From NCBI RefSeq assembly GCF_001194135.2, contig NC_068989.1, positions 67,859,739 through 67,912,270 of the forward strand: 52,532 nt of DNA, read 5' to 3'. The notes under the pieces are model-generated. The model saw nothing but the letters and a program-made list of their open reading frames with translations. It was not told the origin of the DNA and made no database searches. The position numbers were made by a program, and so were the translations under genes. This stretch comes from Octopus bimaculoides. Lineage: Eukaryota. Below are positions 24,406 through 35,240 of this stretch, one piece after another. Within the stretch, counting starts at the first letter, position 1, and every line of letters starts with the position of its first letter.

Positions 24406-27063
24406 CACAAACAGTCATTCTCGACAACGACGACGTTTCTTTGTCTCCGCCTTACTCCGCTACGCACGTATCCCTCTAGTCCTTAACCGATTTTCCTGCG
24501 GTAAACTTCTAGCGTCAAACCTCTAAATTTGCTAGGAAGGGCCCTTTCCTCGTGGAAAAAAAGGGAATGTTTGTTAATACCAGAGAATAGATAAATTGAA
24601 CGTACTGAGAGAGAAAGAAAGAGAGAGAAAGAGAGTGAGAGATAATGTAAAGCATATGACTTTTGTTCAAACACTACTTGTAAATATTTTTCGAAATTTG
24701 GCAAGGAATGCTTAAGAAAATCATGCTACTCAAAGGTTTTCTAACACATCATACAAAGACACTGAGGAGAGAGAAACAAACAACAATCAAATATTTTTAT
24801 TTGTAATATAATGTCATTGTGTTTGTGTCGAATATAATTGTGCAATGCATGTATTATAAAATTATTTTAAAGAATTATGGTTATTCTAACTTAACATCAT
24901 TCATCACAAGTATTTGTAGTTTTTCTCTTTCTCCAATGCATTCAAAGTATGATGCATTGGAAATTTATTCCTCAATTCACTAGGATAAATTATATTAACA
25001 TCTTTTGTCTTCATTGTTAGCAACTCGTCATTTCTTCTATAGAGGTCTTTTGTCTTTCTTATTTGTCCTGATAATCAAATTAATATAGTTGCATTTCTCC
25101 AAATAAATACTTCTATTTAACCAGAATGTAAAAAAAAAAAAATTTGAATTCTATGCGTAATACCTCAACTGTTATTACTTACTAAACCAATATTTCTCTT
25201 TTAAACATTTTACAATCGAACAAATATTGAAATTTTCCATTTGTTTGAATGTAATGTTTAGCAGGTTTTTGTATTGTTTATGTATTTCATCATTTATCCC
25301 ATTTTTTTTCCTGATTTAGAGATAGCTGTATCTGATCGTTTACAGAGTTAGTGATTTACAGCACAATGATTATTGATAAATAAAAATATACATACACTTT
25401 TATAATTTGAGTGTTTCAAATAGCGATACTCTATCTGCTTTCCATATTGCTAAGGTTCGCTACATAACATATTGTGCTCTTTGAAGCAATTGTAATTCAT
25501 ATTATGTAATAATAATGTTAAAAATACGAATGGTAAAGTAGATACTACTATACTAAACGTAGTGAGCAATGGTGTTAAAACAGACGATAAATTGAGTCTA
25601 CCAAGTTACATAGATGATCACGCTGTCTAGTTTGTCTTTCTTTTAATATGGTAAATTATGATATGAAGATTTGATTTCCATTCTGCTCTGCAAGCTTGTA
25701 TTGTTGATGAATATGTCACTAGTTTCTGTCTGAAGAAGTTTCAGACGGCGTTAATATATGCCAATATTTCCATTCTGTTTAGAAGATAGCTCTTGGATTT
25801 TAATGTACGCAGAAGGCCATTTTATTCCTGGTAATAGCGAACCACTCAAGAAGAGAATGATGTTAACGCAAAAGTTAGTTTCTTTGATTGAGTTTTGCAT
25901 ATGAGAAACTTTTCAGATTATTTAGGTGAGAAATCTGAGTGGATATATGACATAATATCGAATATTCTCCTGTGTCGCATGGATGTTCAGTAACTCACAG
26001 ACTGTTTTGGAATGAAGAAAAAATCCTCCAGTGATTTGTCTTTCCAGAGATGTGATACCATTTAGATCATCTTCTACTTCTACTTATATATACATCATTA
26101 ATCATGGATAAACTATGGTTAGTATTCTATCTTGATTGATCTAAATGTTTGTTTTACTGCAGGTGAAAAATCTCTGTAGTATATTAAAGTGAAAATGCTA
26201 CTGACGTAATATAATCATAATAATGTATTACTGACTCACCGTCGTAATTACAATCGTATAGCAGGCATTTTGATTTCGGTATTATTATTCAGAAAATCCA
26301 CGAAGCGCAAAGCTACATTACGTAACATTTATAGTTAGTTTGTATCATGTTCCTTCTAAAAATTATTTAACATGATCTCTCGTTCGGATGTGAATGATCT
26401 ATAAGACTTCGTTTAAGTAGACTGAAAATGTTGAATAGTTAAACACGTTGAAGGAAATTAAGGAAGTTATAACATGATCAAGCATTAAAAAATGTCGGCA
26501 TTCTATCTTTTTGACGAATTCAGCTAATATATCTTTTAGTGCTGCATTGTTGGTTACATTTTATAGTACGAACCCCAGTGACAAATAAGTCATAGATGAT
26601 GCATCGAGAAGGAAGCTTTTACTTGCTTAACTTACCTATCCTTACATTTACTATCTACCTGCTCAAGTTTAAATCTCTTGAGCGTTACGAAGTGTATTCT
26701 ATGCGGAGAATATCTGTCTCTCATCTCCCTCTCTCCCTCTCTGTCTTTATATATATATGTAATATATATGTGTGTGTGTGTATACACTCATATATATATA
26801 TATATATATATACATGTTTATATCAGGCGACTGAGAAAAGCGTGCTCAATGTATGTTTTAGAGCATTTATTAAAATTTTATTGAAACTGAATTTGAGAGT
26901 TTCGTCTACAACATGCATGTATTGAGTACCTCTTTCTCTTTCGTACGACATAAATCATGTACGAATAAAGATCCCTCGTGAAATTGTCTACTACTAACGA
27001 ACCGAAAAGTAAGGCAAATTCTCAGTTTCAGTTACAATAATACATATAACAGTAAACTGACAC

Positions 27064-27250
27064 TCAGTCGGTAACGACAACGAGTTTGCTCATGACGTTA
27101 ACGCGCGAGTGGTTGAGCCCTCCACAGACATACGTACACATAATGTAGTTCTCAGGATGGTTCTTTGAATTACAAGTACACCTCACTTTTGCCAGATGAG
27201 TGCACTGCAACAACAGGAAATAAAGTGTCTTGCTCAAGGAAAAAACGCGC
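27064..27250 (-). mobile_element. SINE family C variant, degenerate
   Basis: GTCGGTAACGAC..GTTAACG.GCGAGTGGTTGAGC.CTCCACAGACA..GTAGTTCTCAGG shared with 31538-31920; AAGTGTCTTGCTCAAGGA shared with 49769-50047. Confidence 0.75.
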
Positions 27251-27289
27251 ATTGATTGTTTATGATATTTTTGTCTACACAGTATTGTA

Positions 27290-27445
27290 GGGGCAGTTGG
27301 GCACCGTCTGTGAGAAAAACAGCACCATGACGCAATTCACTCTGCCAGAAATTTGGAAATGACATATTGTACTGCTTGGCATTCGCGCTGGAAGCTCCAA
27401 TACGAACATTTCAGAGTGTTTGGGTGTCAATCTGAGGACATCGGC
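27290..27445 (+). mobile_element. 5' fragment of a Tc1/mariner (maT-like) transposase gene
   Basis: ATG at 27327: MTQFTLPEIWK*HIVLLGIRAGSSNTNISECLGVNLRT, an HTH N-terminus homologous to 3100-3780. Confidence 0.7.
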
Positions 27446-28104
27446 AGCATTCGTCAATTTTTTGAAAATGGGGTCATAACCCCGAAATATTGAATGCAAG
27501 GTAAGTCTACTTTAATTCACATATTTGTTTTCTTGTGATTTACCTTGCATATACTTTGCATCGTTATATNNNNNNNNNNNNNNNNNNNNNNNNNNNNNNN
27601 NNNNNNNNNNNNNNNNNNNNNNNNNNNNNNNNNNNNNNNNNNNNNNNNNNNNNNNNNNNNNNNNNNNNNNNNNNNNNNNNNNNNNNNNNNNNNNNNNNNN
27701 NNNNNNNNNNNNNNNNNNNNNNNNNNNNNNNNNNNNNNNNNNNNNNNNNNNNNNNNNNNNNNNNNNNNNNNNNNNNNNNNNNNNNNNNNNNNNNNNNNNN
27801 NNNNNNNNNNNNNNNNNNNNNNNNNNNNNNNNNNNNNNNNNNNNNNNNNNNNNNNNNNNNNNNNNNNNNNNNNNNNNNNNNNNNNNNNNNNNNNNNNNNN
27901 NNNNNNNNNNNNNNNNNNNNNNNNNNNNNNNNNNNNNNNNNNNNNNNNNNNNNNNNNNNNNNNNNNNNNNNNNNNNNNNNNNNNNNNNNNNNNNNNNNNN
28001 NNNNNNNNNNNNNNNNNNNNNNNNNNNNNNNNNNNNNNNNNNNNNNNNNNNNNNNNNNNNNNNNNNNNNNNNNNNNNNNNNNNNNNNNNNNNNNNNNNNN
28101 NNNN

Positions 28105-28215
28105 TCTTCGTCAGTCTAAAATGGTCTGAGTTCAAATCTGGCCGGGCTTGATTTTGTCTTTCCTCCCTACGAAGGTCAATAGAATAATGTACCTGCCAAT
28201 TATCAACTGGCCACA
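28105..28215 (+). mobile_element. SINE family A fragment (5' end in gap)
   Basis: TCTGAGTTCAAATC B-box followed by TTG.CTTTC.TCC.T.CG..GGTCAATA. Confidence 0.65.
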
Positions 28216-29617
28216 TACCTCTCAGAATTGTTGCTCTATCTAGAATAGAAACCATTATATTATAATAGGGAGAGTATGTCTAAGTGTATTTCATTTGCAA
28301 CTCGAATATTAAAGATACCAATGATTGAAGTGGACGAACTGAACGAGTTCTATATTTTTGTCAAAAATAGTCAATACTCGACATATGTGAAAGGAAATAT
28401 AAACCTAAAATCTATCTTGATTTGGCTCATGTAGCAAATAAAACTTTCGTTCACTGACAGCGCCAAGATCTTCAAGTCCTACCAGGTTATAAGAACTCTA
28501 TAGCCGGGTCTATACACTACTCGAGAGAGAAGGGAAATAATAATCAAAAGACATACGTCGATTCATTTGAACATATAATCTTTATTATATTAAGAGTGCC
28601 ATTCTATTCATTCTTCCTTCTGAGACGGTAGATATCGATAATTATTGACCTTAATTATAATTAATATCACATCAGAATTAATAGAGACATTGACATAAAA
28701 TGTTCTCTTTCTCTCTATCAATGATGTTATGTATTACATCATACATATAGGGAGTAGTCTACAAAGAAAGCTAACAAATATCTTCGCTATATCTATTGCT
28801 ATAGAGAGGAAGGAGGGGAGAGAGGGAGAGAGAGAGAGAGAAAGAGAGAGAAAGTGCTGCCTGCTTTGCTGTTATTTAATGTAATTTAAACTTGCATTGA
28901 TTTAAATATAAAGTATTCCATTCGCAACAAATGTTGTCAAATTTTGAAAGATATTTCAAAAATGTCTTTATCATTTTGCTTGAAAATAAATTTACTTGTA
29001 TTCTTTCAATGAAAATTTTTAAAATAAATTCAATGTATGATCTCTCAAACTAAATTCAAAATATTTCGGCTGCTTCACAAATCAAATTTAGAGCACAGTT
29101 TCAAATGTAATCTGCTTCTATCATTCTTTGTTTCATAGTGTAAATCACGTTTGTGGATATAATACTAACATCAGGCTGTGATATGACATCAACCCAACTT
29201 TGTGTGATTACGATAGCATATCCAAAATTCTAATTTCAACATTACTGTCTAGACAAAGTAGCAGGTGCAACAGTATATTTTATAACACACTAAATTCAAC
29301 TGTATCAACTCCGACTTATCGTCTGCACGACATAAGCAGAATTTTATTCTTAACTCATCATATGTGTATGAAATGTTAATTTGAAAGGAATCTTTCATTT
29401 ACCAATTGTTAGACTTAAGGAAACTAACTAAAGGTACAACAATCGTGCTCATGCACACCCGCCGACTCATCGGCTTTGTAATGATTTTAGAATTCGAGCA
29501 GAAATAATGATATTGTTTAAAAAAAATACCTGTATAAACTTTTCGAAGATTAATCATTGGCACAAGTCCTCCGATGCTCTAACGATTCTATTAGTTACCC
29601 ATTTTTGATAATCCCTA

Positions 29618-29815
29618 CAAGGTCAGCAATTTTGAGGGGAGAGGCAAGTCGATTACATCGACATCAGTAATTAACTGGTACTTAATTCATCGAATCAGTA
29701 AGGATGAAAGGCAAAGTCGAGCTAGGTAGAATTTGGTTTCAAAATGTAAATAGTCGGAAGAAATTCCATAAAGTATTTTGTCCGACACGCTAGCGATTCT
29801 GACAGCTCGTTGTCG
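29618..29815 (-). mobile_element. SINE family A copy
   Basis: GTCGATTACATCGAC..CTGGTACTTAATT.ATCGA..AGGATGAAAGGCAAAGTCGA..GCTAGCGATTCTGACAGCTCG, collinear with 11813-12032. Confidence 0.85.
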
Positions 29816-30374
29816 TGAATCATTAAAATAATGACTGAATTTAGTAACAGCTATAATATTGCACTGCGAGGTACATTAGACAGCAAATGACAAGATGTCC
29901 CTACGTATTTTATCTTTTGTTTGTTATGCCAACAAGAGAAATTATAATATATTATCACCTTGAAGAAACTGACAAAAAAAAAAGAAAAAAAAACTTTCCC
30001 GACAGCATGAATGAAAATTGAGAAATATAGTTTAAGTGCAAATTTATTTCCAGATGAAAATGAGCGAACTGAGGAACTTAAAATATAATCAGTTCCAATG
30101 AGTTCTAAATTATTTAAAAAACGAGGCTGATATGAATATTTTGATTAAAAAAATATCAGTATAAGTATCCCGTTCACTATTGAGAAAAAAGTCACAAAAT
30201 CAAAAGAAATTTAGTAATATAAATGTTACAAAGAGAAATGTAGTCAATATAATGATCTCTAGTGGTGAGTGTTGGAGATCAAAAGATAAACTCTCAGGGG
30301 TATGAATCAATGAATTAGTTTGTATTCTTGACTGAAGCCGAATTTGTTTTGAAAACTGAAGACAGTAGAAGTTG

Positions 30375-30490
30375 TAGGGCGCCGAACAAAACCGTTTGCA
30401 GTATTTAGCAAAGTATGCTGACGTTCTGGGTAAATAATCCTCGAAGTCCACATTGCTTTTCAACCTTCCATGATCAATGAACCAAGTCAA
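30375..30490 (+). mobile_element. Very degenerate SINE family A fragment
   Basis: GCAGTATTT..ACGTTCTGGGT.AA..GAAGTCCACATTGCTTTTCAACCTT resembles the family A core. Confidence 0.45.
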
Positions 30491-31024
30491 GCATCAGGTT
30501 TGATATAATCACCCACACACTCCCACGAGCTGTGTGACGTGGTACACAGGTTTGAAATCCTTAATGATTCTCGCAGCTCTGGAACACAAATAGTATTATC
30601 AGAATCAACTCTCCCAAACCAACATATAGTATAACAAACTTTATCTGAATTCTTTAGCATTAGTAATTCGACTAATCCTTTTAAATTTGTATGTCATCTC
30701 AATTCAGGAGCTATAGTGCTCATGTTTCCTATAGACATGGTTGCAAACGTATTTAATGAAAAGCTCTAAGCGCTTTGTATAATAAAATCAAAAGAAAATA
30801 TATTTCCAGTAAATCTGCAGGTTTTATAGTCATGATTAGGTAGCAAATGATATGTCCCTCTGCTTATTGCCTTTTGTTTGTTATGCCATCGAGATAAGAG
30901 TAATTCCTCTAAAGTATGAATATCTTGAAGAAACTAATAAATATGACAAAAAGTACTTTGTCGACCACATGAATGAAAGATTAGCAAGAAGCTGAAAATA
31001 GGAAATTCCGAGTTGCATTAAAGA

Positions 31025-31294
31025 TTATCCACGGCATTTTATTAATGAGACCCAAGTCGAAGAACACTGCGGAATAAAGGGAAAGATGTAAAAGCGAAAA
31101 CTACAATTATACATGTATTGCTGCAAGTATAACAAGCGTGTTAGTTTAAAGTAAGTGCCGTCAAAACTATAAACTATAGTTCGCAAGAATGATATAAGAA
31201 TATAATGGAAAAAACCTTCTTGAAATTGTTCTACAAGATTCTTGATGTGGAAGTTTGTATTGAAACAGATATTATTGCATTTTGGGAGGGTCAT
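31025..31294 (-). mobile_element. Penelope-like RT fragment (probably a different clade from 13.5-14.2 kb)
   Basis: ILISFLRTIVYSFDGTYFKLT..YLQQYMY resembles the PLE RT pattern L..NxFxFDxxYYxQ..YLExxMY, with the GxAMG segment missing. Confidence 0.4.
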
Positions 31295-31463
31295 ACTGTC
31301 ATTAAAATCACATACACTGATTATGTTTCACTTAGATTTTATTACCAAACGACTGGTTAATCTATTAGGGTGCTAAAATTTATAGTCTCTGACATTATCA
31401 ATGAATATCAGCGCTTTTTATATATTTTCTGTTTGTTTCGCAGGTCTTGTGGAGTCTTTCGAT

Positions 31464-31502
<39 letters not shown>

Positions 31503-31537
31503 GTGTGTGTGTGTGTATGTATGTATTTATGTATATC

Positions 31538-31919
31538 GTGGCACTTCGTCTGTAACGACGACGAGGGTTCCAGTTGATCCGAACAACGGAATAGCCTGCT
31601 CGTGAAATTAACGTGCAAGTGGCTGAGCACTCCACAGACACGTGTGAGCCTTAACGTAGTTCTCAGTGAGATTCAGCGTGACACAAAGTGTGACAAGGTT
31701 GGCCCTTTGAAATACAAGTACAACAGAAACAGGAAGTAAGAGTGAGAGAAAGTTGTGGTGGAAGAGTACAGCAGGGTTCGCCACCATCCCCTGCCGGAGC
31801 TTCGTGGATCTTTAGGTGCTTTCGCTCAATAAACACTCACAACGCCCGGTCTGGGAATCGAAACAACGATCCTACGCCCACGAGTCCCCTACCCTAACCA
31901 CTGGGCCATTGAGCCTCCA

Positions 31920-31920
<1 letters not shown>
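31538..31920 (-). mobile_element. tRNA(Arg)-derived SINE family C, near full-length
   Basis: Minus head GGAGGCTCAATGGCCCAGTGGTTAGGG (A box) .. GTTTCGATTCC (B box); highly similar to 38024-38404 over its whole length. Confidence 0.92.

Positions 31921-31978
<58 letters not shown>
31921..31978 (+). repeat. (TATC)n microsatellite
   Basis: Directly visible. Confidence 0.97.
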
Positions 31979-31979
<1 letters not shown>

Positions 31980-31986
31980 GTGCGTA

Positions 31987-32202
31987 CGAGGTATGCTGAA
32001 AAATTCCTGGCTTCAGGTGAAAGAAAATGCAGAAGAATCAGTTAATTATGATTTAATCAACACAATCCTCTCTCAGATTCGCACATTTACTGTAGCGGTC
32101 CTTCAGTTTTTCTAAGCCCTGTTGAAGAACACGGAAGTTTTCGGCCTCCAAGCAGGCCTTTCGCAATATCTTTAAAGCCAGGAACTTTTCAGTACCCCCT
32201 CG
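31987..32202 (-). mobile_element. Mariner-derived MITE (~216 bp)
   Basis: TIRs CGAGGTATGCTGAAAAATTCCTGGCTT / AAGCCAGGAACTTTTCAGTACCCCCTCG, with TA on the left flank. The minus strand encodes QQGLEKLKDRYSKCANLREDCVD*, a mariner transposase C-terminus. Confidence 0.85.
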
Positions 32203-32397
32203 TGTATGTATGTTTGTATGTATGTATGTATGTATGTATGTATGCATGTATGTATGCATGTATGTATGTATGTATGTATGTATTCATGCATGTATGTAAG
32301 TAAAATAAATGTTTCTTTCGAAATAATAGGCAAAGTATACAAGTTTCGTGGCGTTTAAGTAACTAATAGTATGAAACTATGGGAATTTCGAGTAACA

Positions 32398-32465
32398 AGA
32401 AATACAGTGCTTGCTCAAGGACGCAGAGCTATTCTTCTTCAGGTACCTGAACCCATGACCATACG
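32398..32465 (-). mobile_element. SINE head fragment (family C variant)
   Basis: AGTGCTTGCTCAAGGACGCA..CTGAACCCATGACC. Confidence 0.45.
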
Positions 32466-32534
32466 TTCATAGAACCAAATTCAACAGTTAATCCACATAT
32501 AAGGAAAATACGGAAAATATATATAAGGAAATTA

Positions 32535-32895
32535 TATACAGGGAAAATAAAACAATGTAGAAAATGGTAAAATAATTTTTTCATGAAGAGCGTTTCAGTC
32601 TTTGCGACTTTTTCAACTGAGAGTAAGGCATGAAAAACTATTAAATTGGGGAAAAATTAAATGAAATGTCTTTTTCAAATATTCTTTTTTCTGACAGAAA
32701 AAAAATGTCCATTGTATTTGAAAACTATGGAAATATTATAAAAAACATTTAATTTAATTTTTCCATAATTTAATTGCTTTTCATGTTTTACTCTAAGTTG
32801 AAAAAGTCGCAAAGACTGAAACCGGTACTAAAATGTTTTTCAAGATAAAATCATTTTAATATTTTCTACCTTGCCTTATTTTCCTTATACATATC
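32535..32895. repeat. ~360-bp imperfect palindrome (foldback) with a 27-bp perfect inverted core
   Basis: 32592-32618 is the exact reverse complement of 32796-32822; the arms remain alignable outward to ~32535/32895 and inward to ~32675/32745. Confidence 0.9.
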
Positions 32896-32939
32896 AACTC
32901 GTGTGTTCCTTTTCAATCTTCTACACACACACGCACACA

Positions 32940-32991
<52 letters not shown>

Positions 32992-34322
32992 TCCAAAAAT
33001 AAAACGAAGAGCAAATCCCTGGGAGTGTTCTATGACACCTTTGATGTTCCAAGAGATCGTAGTCCCTAAACGGAAGAAATACTAAACTTCTCAAGGAGGA
33101 AAATCTCGAAAAGGGTGATGTGATGAAAGAAAAATAAAGAAAAATGATATTAACTTCCCACGGAAATCACTCAAAGGGTGAAATGTTGTGACGAGAGTCA
33201 TTGAAATCCCTAGGGATTGGAAGATTGAAGTAGCCGAACTCGTATAAAGTGTAACGTATTAGTTGAAACAAGAGGTCTTTAGAAGTGGTGGAGAGGGCGT
33301 TTTAGAGTATCGCGAAGTACGTCGTGGGAACACATTGATTTTTACCTCCGTATCTTTAAATTATATATCAAACATTTGTCTAGGATATATATATATATAT
33401 ATATATATATAACACATTTATGTATTACATGTATGTGTTTGTATATATGTATATATATGTTTACTTATATATACACAAAGGCACACATAATACACACATA
33501 TGGTAACACAATATAACTTTTATGCATATATCCTTATTTAATAACAAATATAGTTCACCCATAATAGCTATTTACATGACTGTACCAACAGAATGTCAAA
33601 TACCTAATATTTGGTTTCAATAAATATATTGCTAATATTTTGATTTTACATTGTATCGATATATTTACATAAAAGCAATTGTAAAACAGAAAACGTATAA
33701 CAAACAGTGAAATTGCATGTCCTTTGTTGAAACAGTATATTTTATCATATACATAATATTAAACTTTATGGGCTCTTCTCTTATAATCTAATACGGTCCT
33801 AAACAAAATAAAGGATTAAAGAAAGTTATTTTAGATGTTTGGAAGAGAATAGTAAAATATAATATCTGCCACGTATTCTAGTTTCTGACGCAGTTAGAAG
33901 GGGTATGTCTCAGCAATGCTAAGAAAATAAAGGAAAAATCCATTGAATTCAAGTATTCCTATTTTATGTGTCATAGGAATTGTAGAAATGTAATGTCGGC
34001 TTACAACTATTTTCATGGCACGGCAACTTATTCCTGTTTTCTGGATATTTTGGTATACAGTTTGGCTTATAAATGGAAGATACTGTTTCAACTTAGCCTT
34101 TTAATCCGATTTTAGAATGTAAAGTTTCAAAATTTGAGCAAAGGCCAAATTTCAATAAAAAAATCGAGTAATCAATCCCATGTAGCGAAGTGTTCCAATT
34201 GTTTTCATGTATATGTGTGTACATACATACATACGTATACACACATACGCACTTATATAAGTGCGTGTATATGCACGCACACACACACACAATACATATC
34301 ATTTCGCTACATATCATTTCGC

Positions 34323-34354
<32 letters not shown>

Positions 34355-34547
34355 NNNNNNNNNNNNNNNNNNNNNNNNNNNNNNNNNNNNNNNNNNNNNN
34401 NNNNNNNNNNNNNNNNNNNNNNNNNNNNNNNNNNNNNNNNNNNNNNNNNNNNNNNNNNNNNNNNNNNNNNNNNNNNNNNNNNNNNNNNNNNNNNNTATAT
34501 ACATATATACATATATATATATAAACATACACACACACACACACACA

Positions 34548-34597
34548 TTTTTTTTATAGTTTCAGCTTAGAGCTGCGGCCATGCTGATGCACCGCCG
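34548..34597 (-). mobile_element. Isolated retroposon 3' tail
   Basis: Minus: CGGCGGTGCATCAGCATGGCCGCAGCTCTAAGCTGAAACTATAAAAAAAA, similar to the LINE tail at 2500-2552. Confidence 0.7.
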
Positions 34598-34624
34598 TGT
34601 GTAAATATATATATATATATATAT

Positions 34625-34870
34625 ATAGTCAATCCAAACATGAACAAGCAAGGATAAACAACGCGAGGACGTGGAATAAGTACAGTGTTATTGGACGCTC
34701 AGGAAAGGAAAGAAAAGAAAAAAGATTTCACGTTTCGAGCTGAGCTCTTCATCAGAAATATAGGAACATTCCAAAGAATGGAAGACGGACAAGGAAAATC
34801 GCCAACGATGCACACGCGGTCACATATTGAAATGACCGGAAGGGAAAAGGTGGAGAAAAAGTTCTTTTCA
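34625..34870 (-). mobile_element. Penelope-type terminal repeat containing a hammerhead-like motif
   Basis: Minus 34759-34726: ATTT-CTGATGA-A-GAGC-TCA-GCTC-GAAAC-GTG-AAAT. Confidence 0.6.
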
Positions 34871-34899
34871 AAGACAGGAGAGTGCAAGAGAAGGAGGTA

Positions 34900-35240
34900 T
34901 GTGTGTGTGTGTGTGTGTGTGTAATGATAGCACGTATATGTGTGTGCGCGCGCGCGCGGTTGTGCCTGTTTATGTATGTATATGGTTGGACATAGTATCG
35001 TTTAAGGTCATAGGAAGAATTTATAGTAAGATTTTTGGTAAGAGTGACTGCCTGTTGTGTGTCTACCTACACATGTGCGTAGGAGAATGGTCAGTAGAAA
35101 GGTACTGGTGGTTTGAAGTATGTGTGTGTGCGTATATGTATATGTAGTGTGTGTGTTTTGTTTCCAGTGTGCGTGTGTGTATGTATGTATGTGTGTATAT
35201 GTATGTATGTGTGTGTATGTATGTATGTGTGTGTACGTGT
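34900..35240 (+). repeat. (TG)n/(TATG)n microsatellite-rich tract
   Basis: Directly visible. Confidence 0.9.

Noticed and set aside
33000-33360. Possible RTE RT remnant (EIPRDWK)
   Set aside because: Only one weak motif; insufficient to call.
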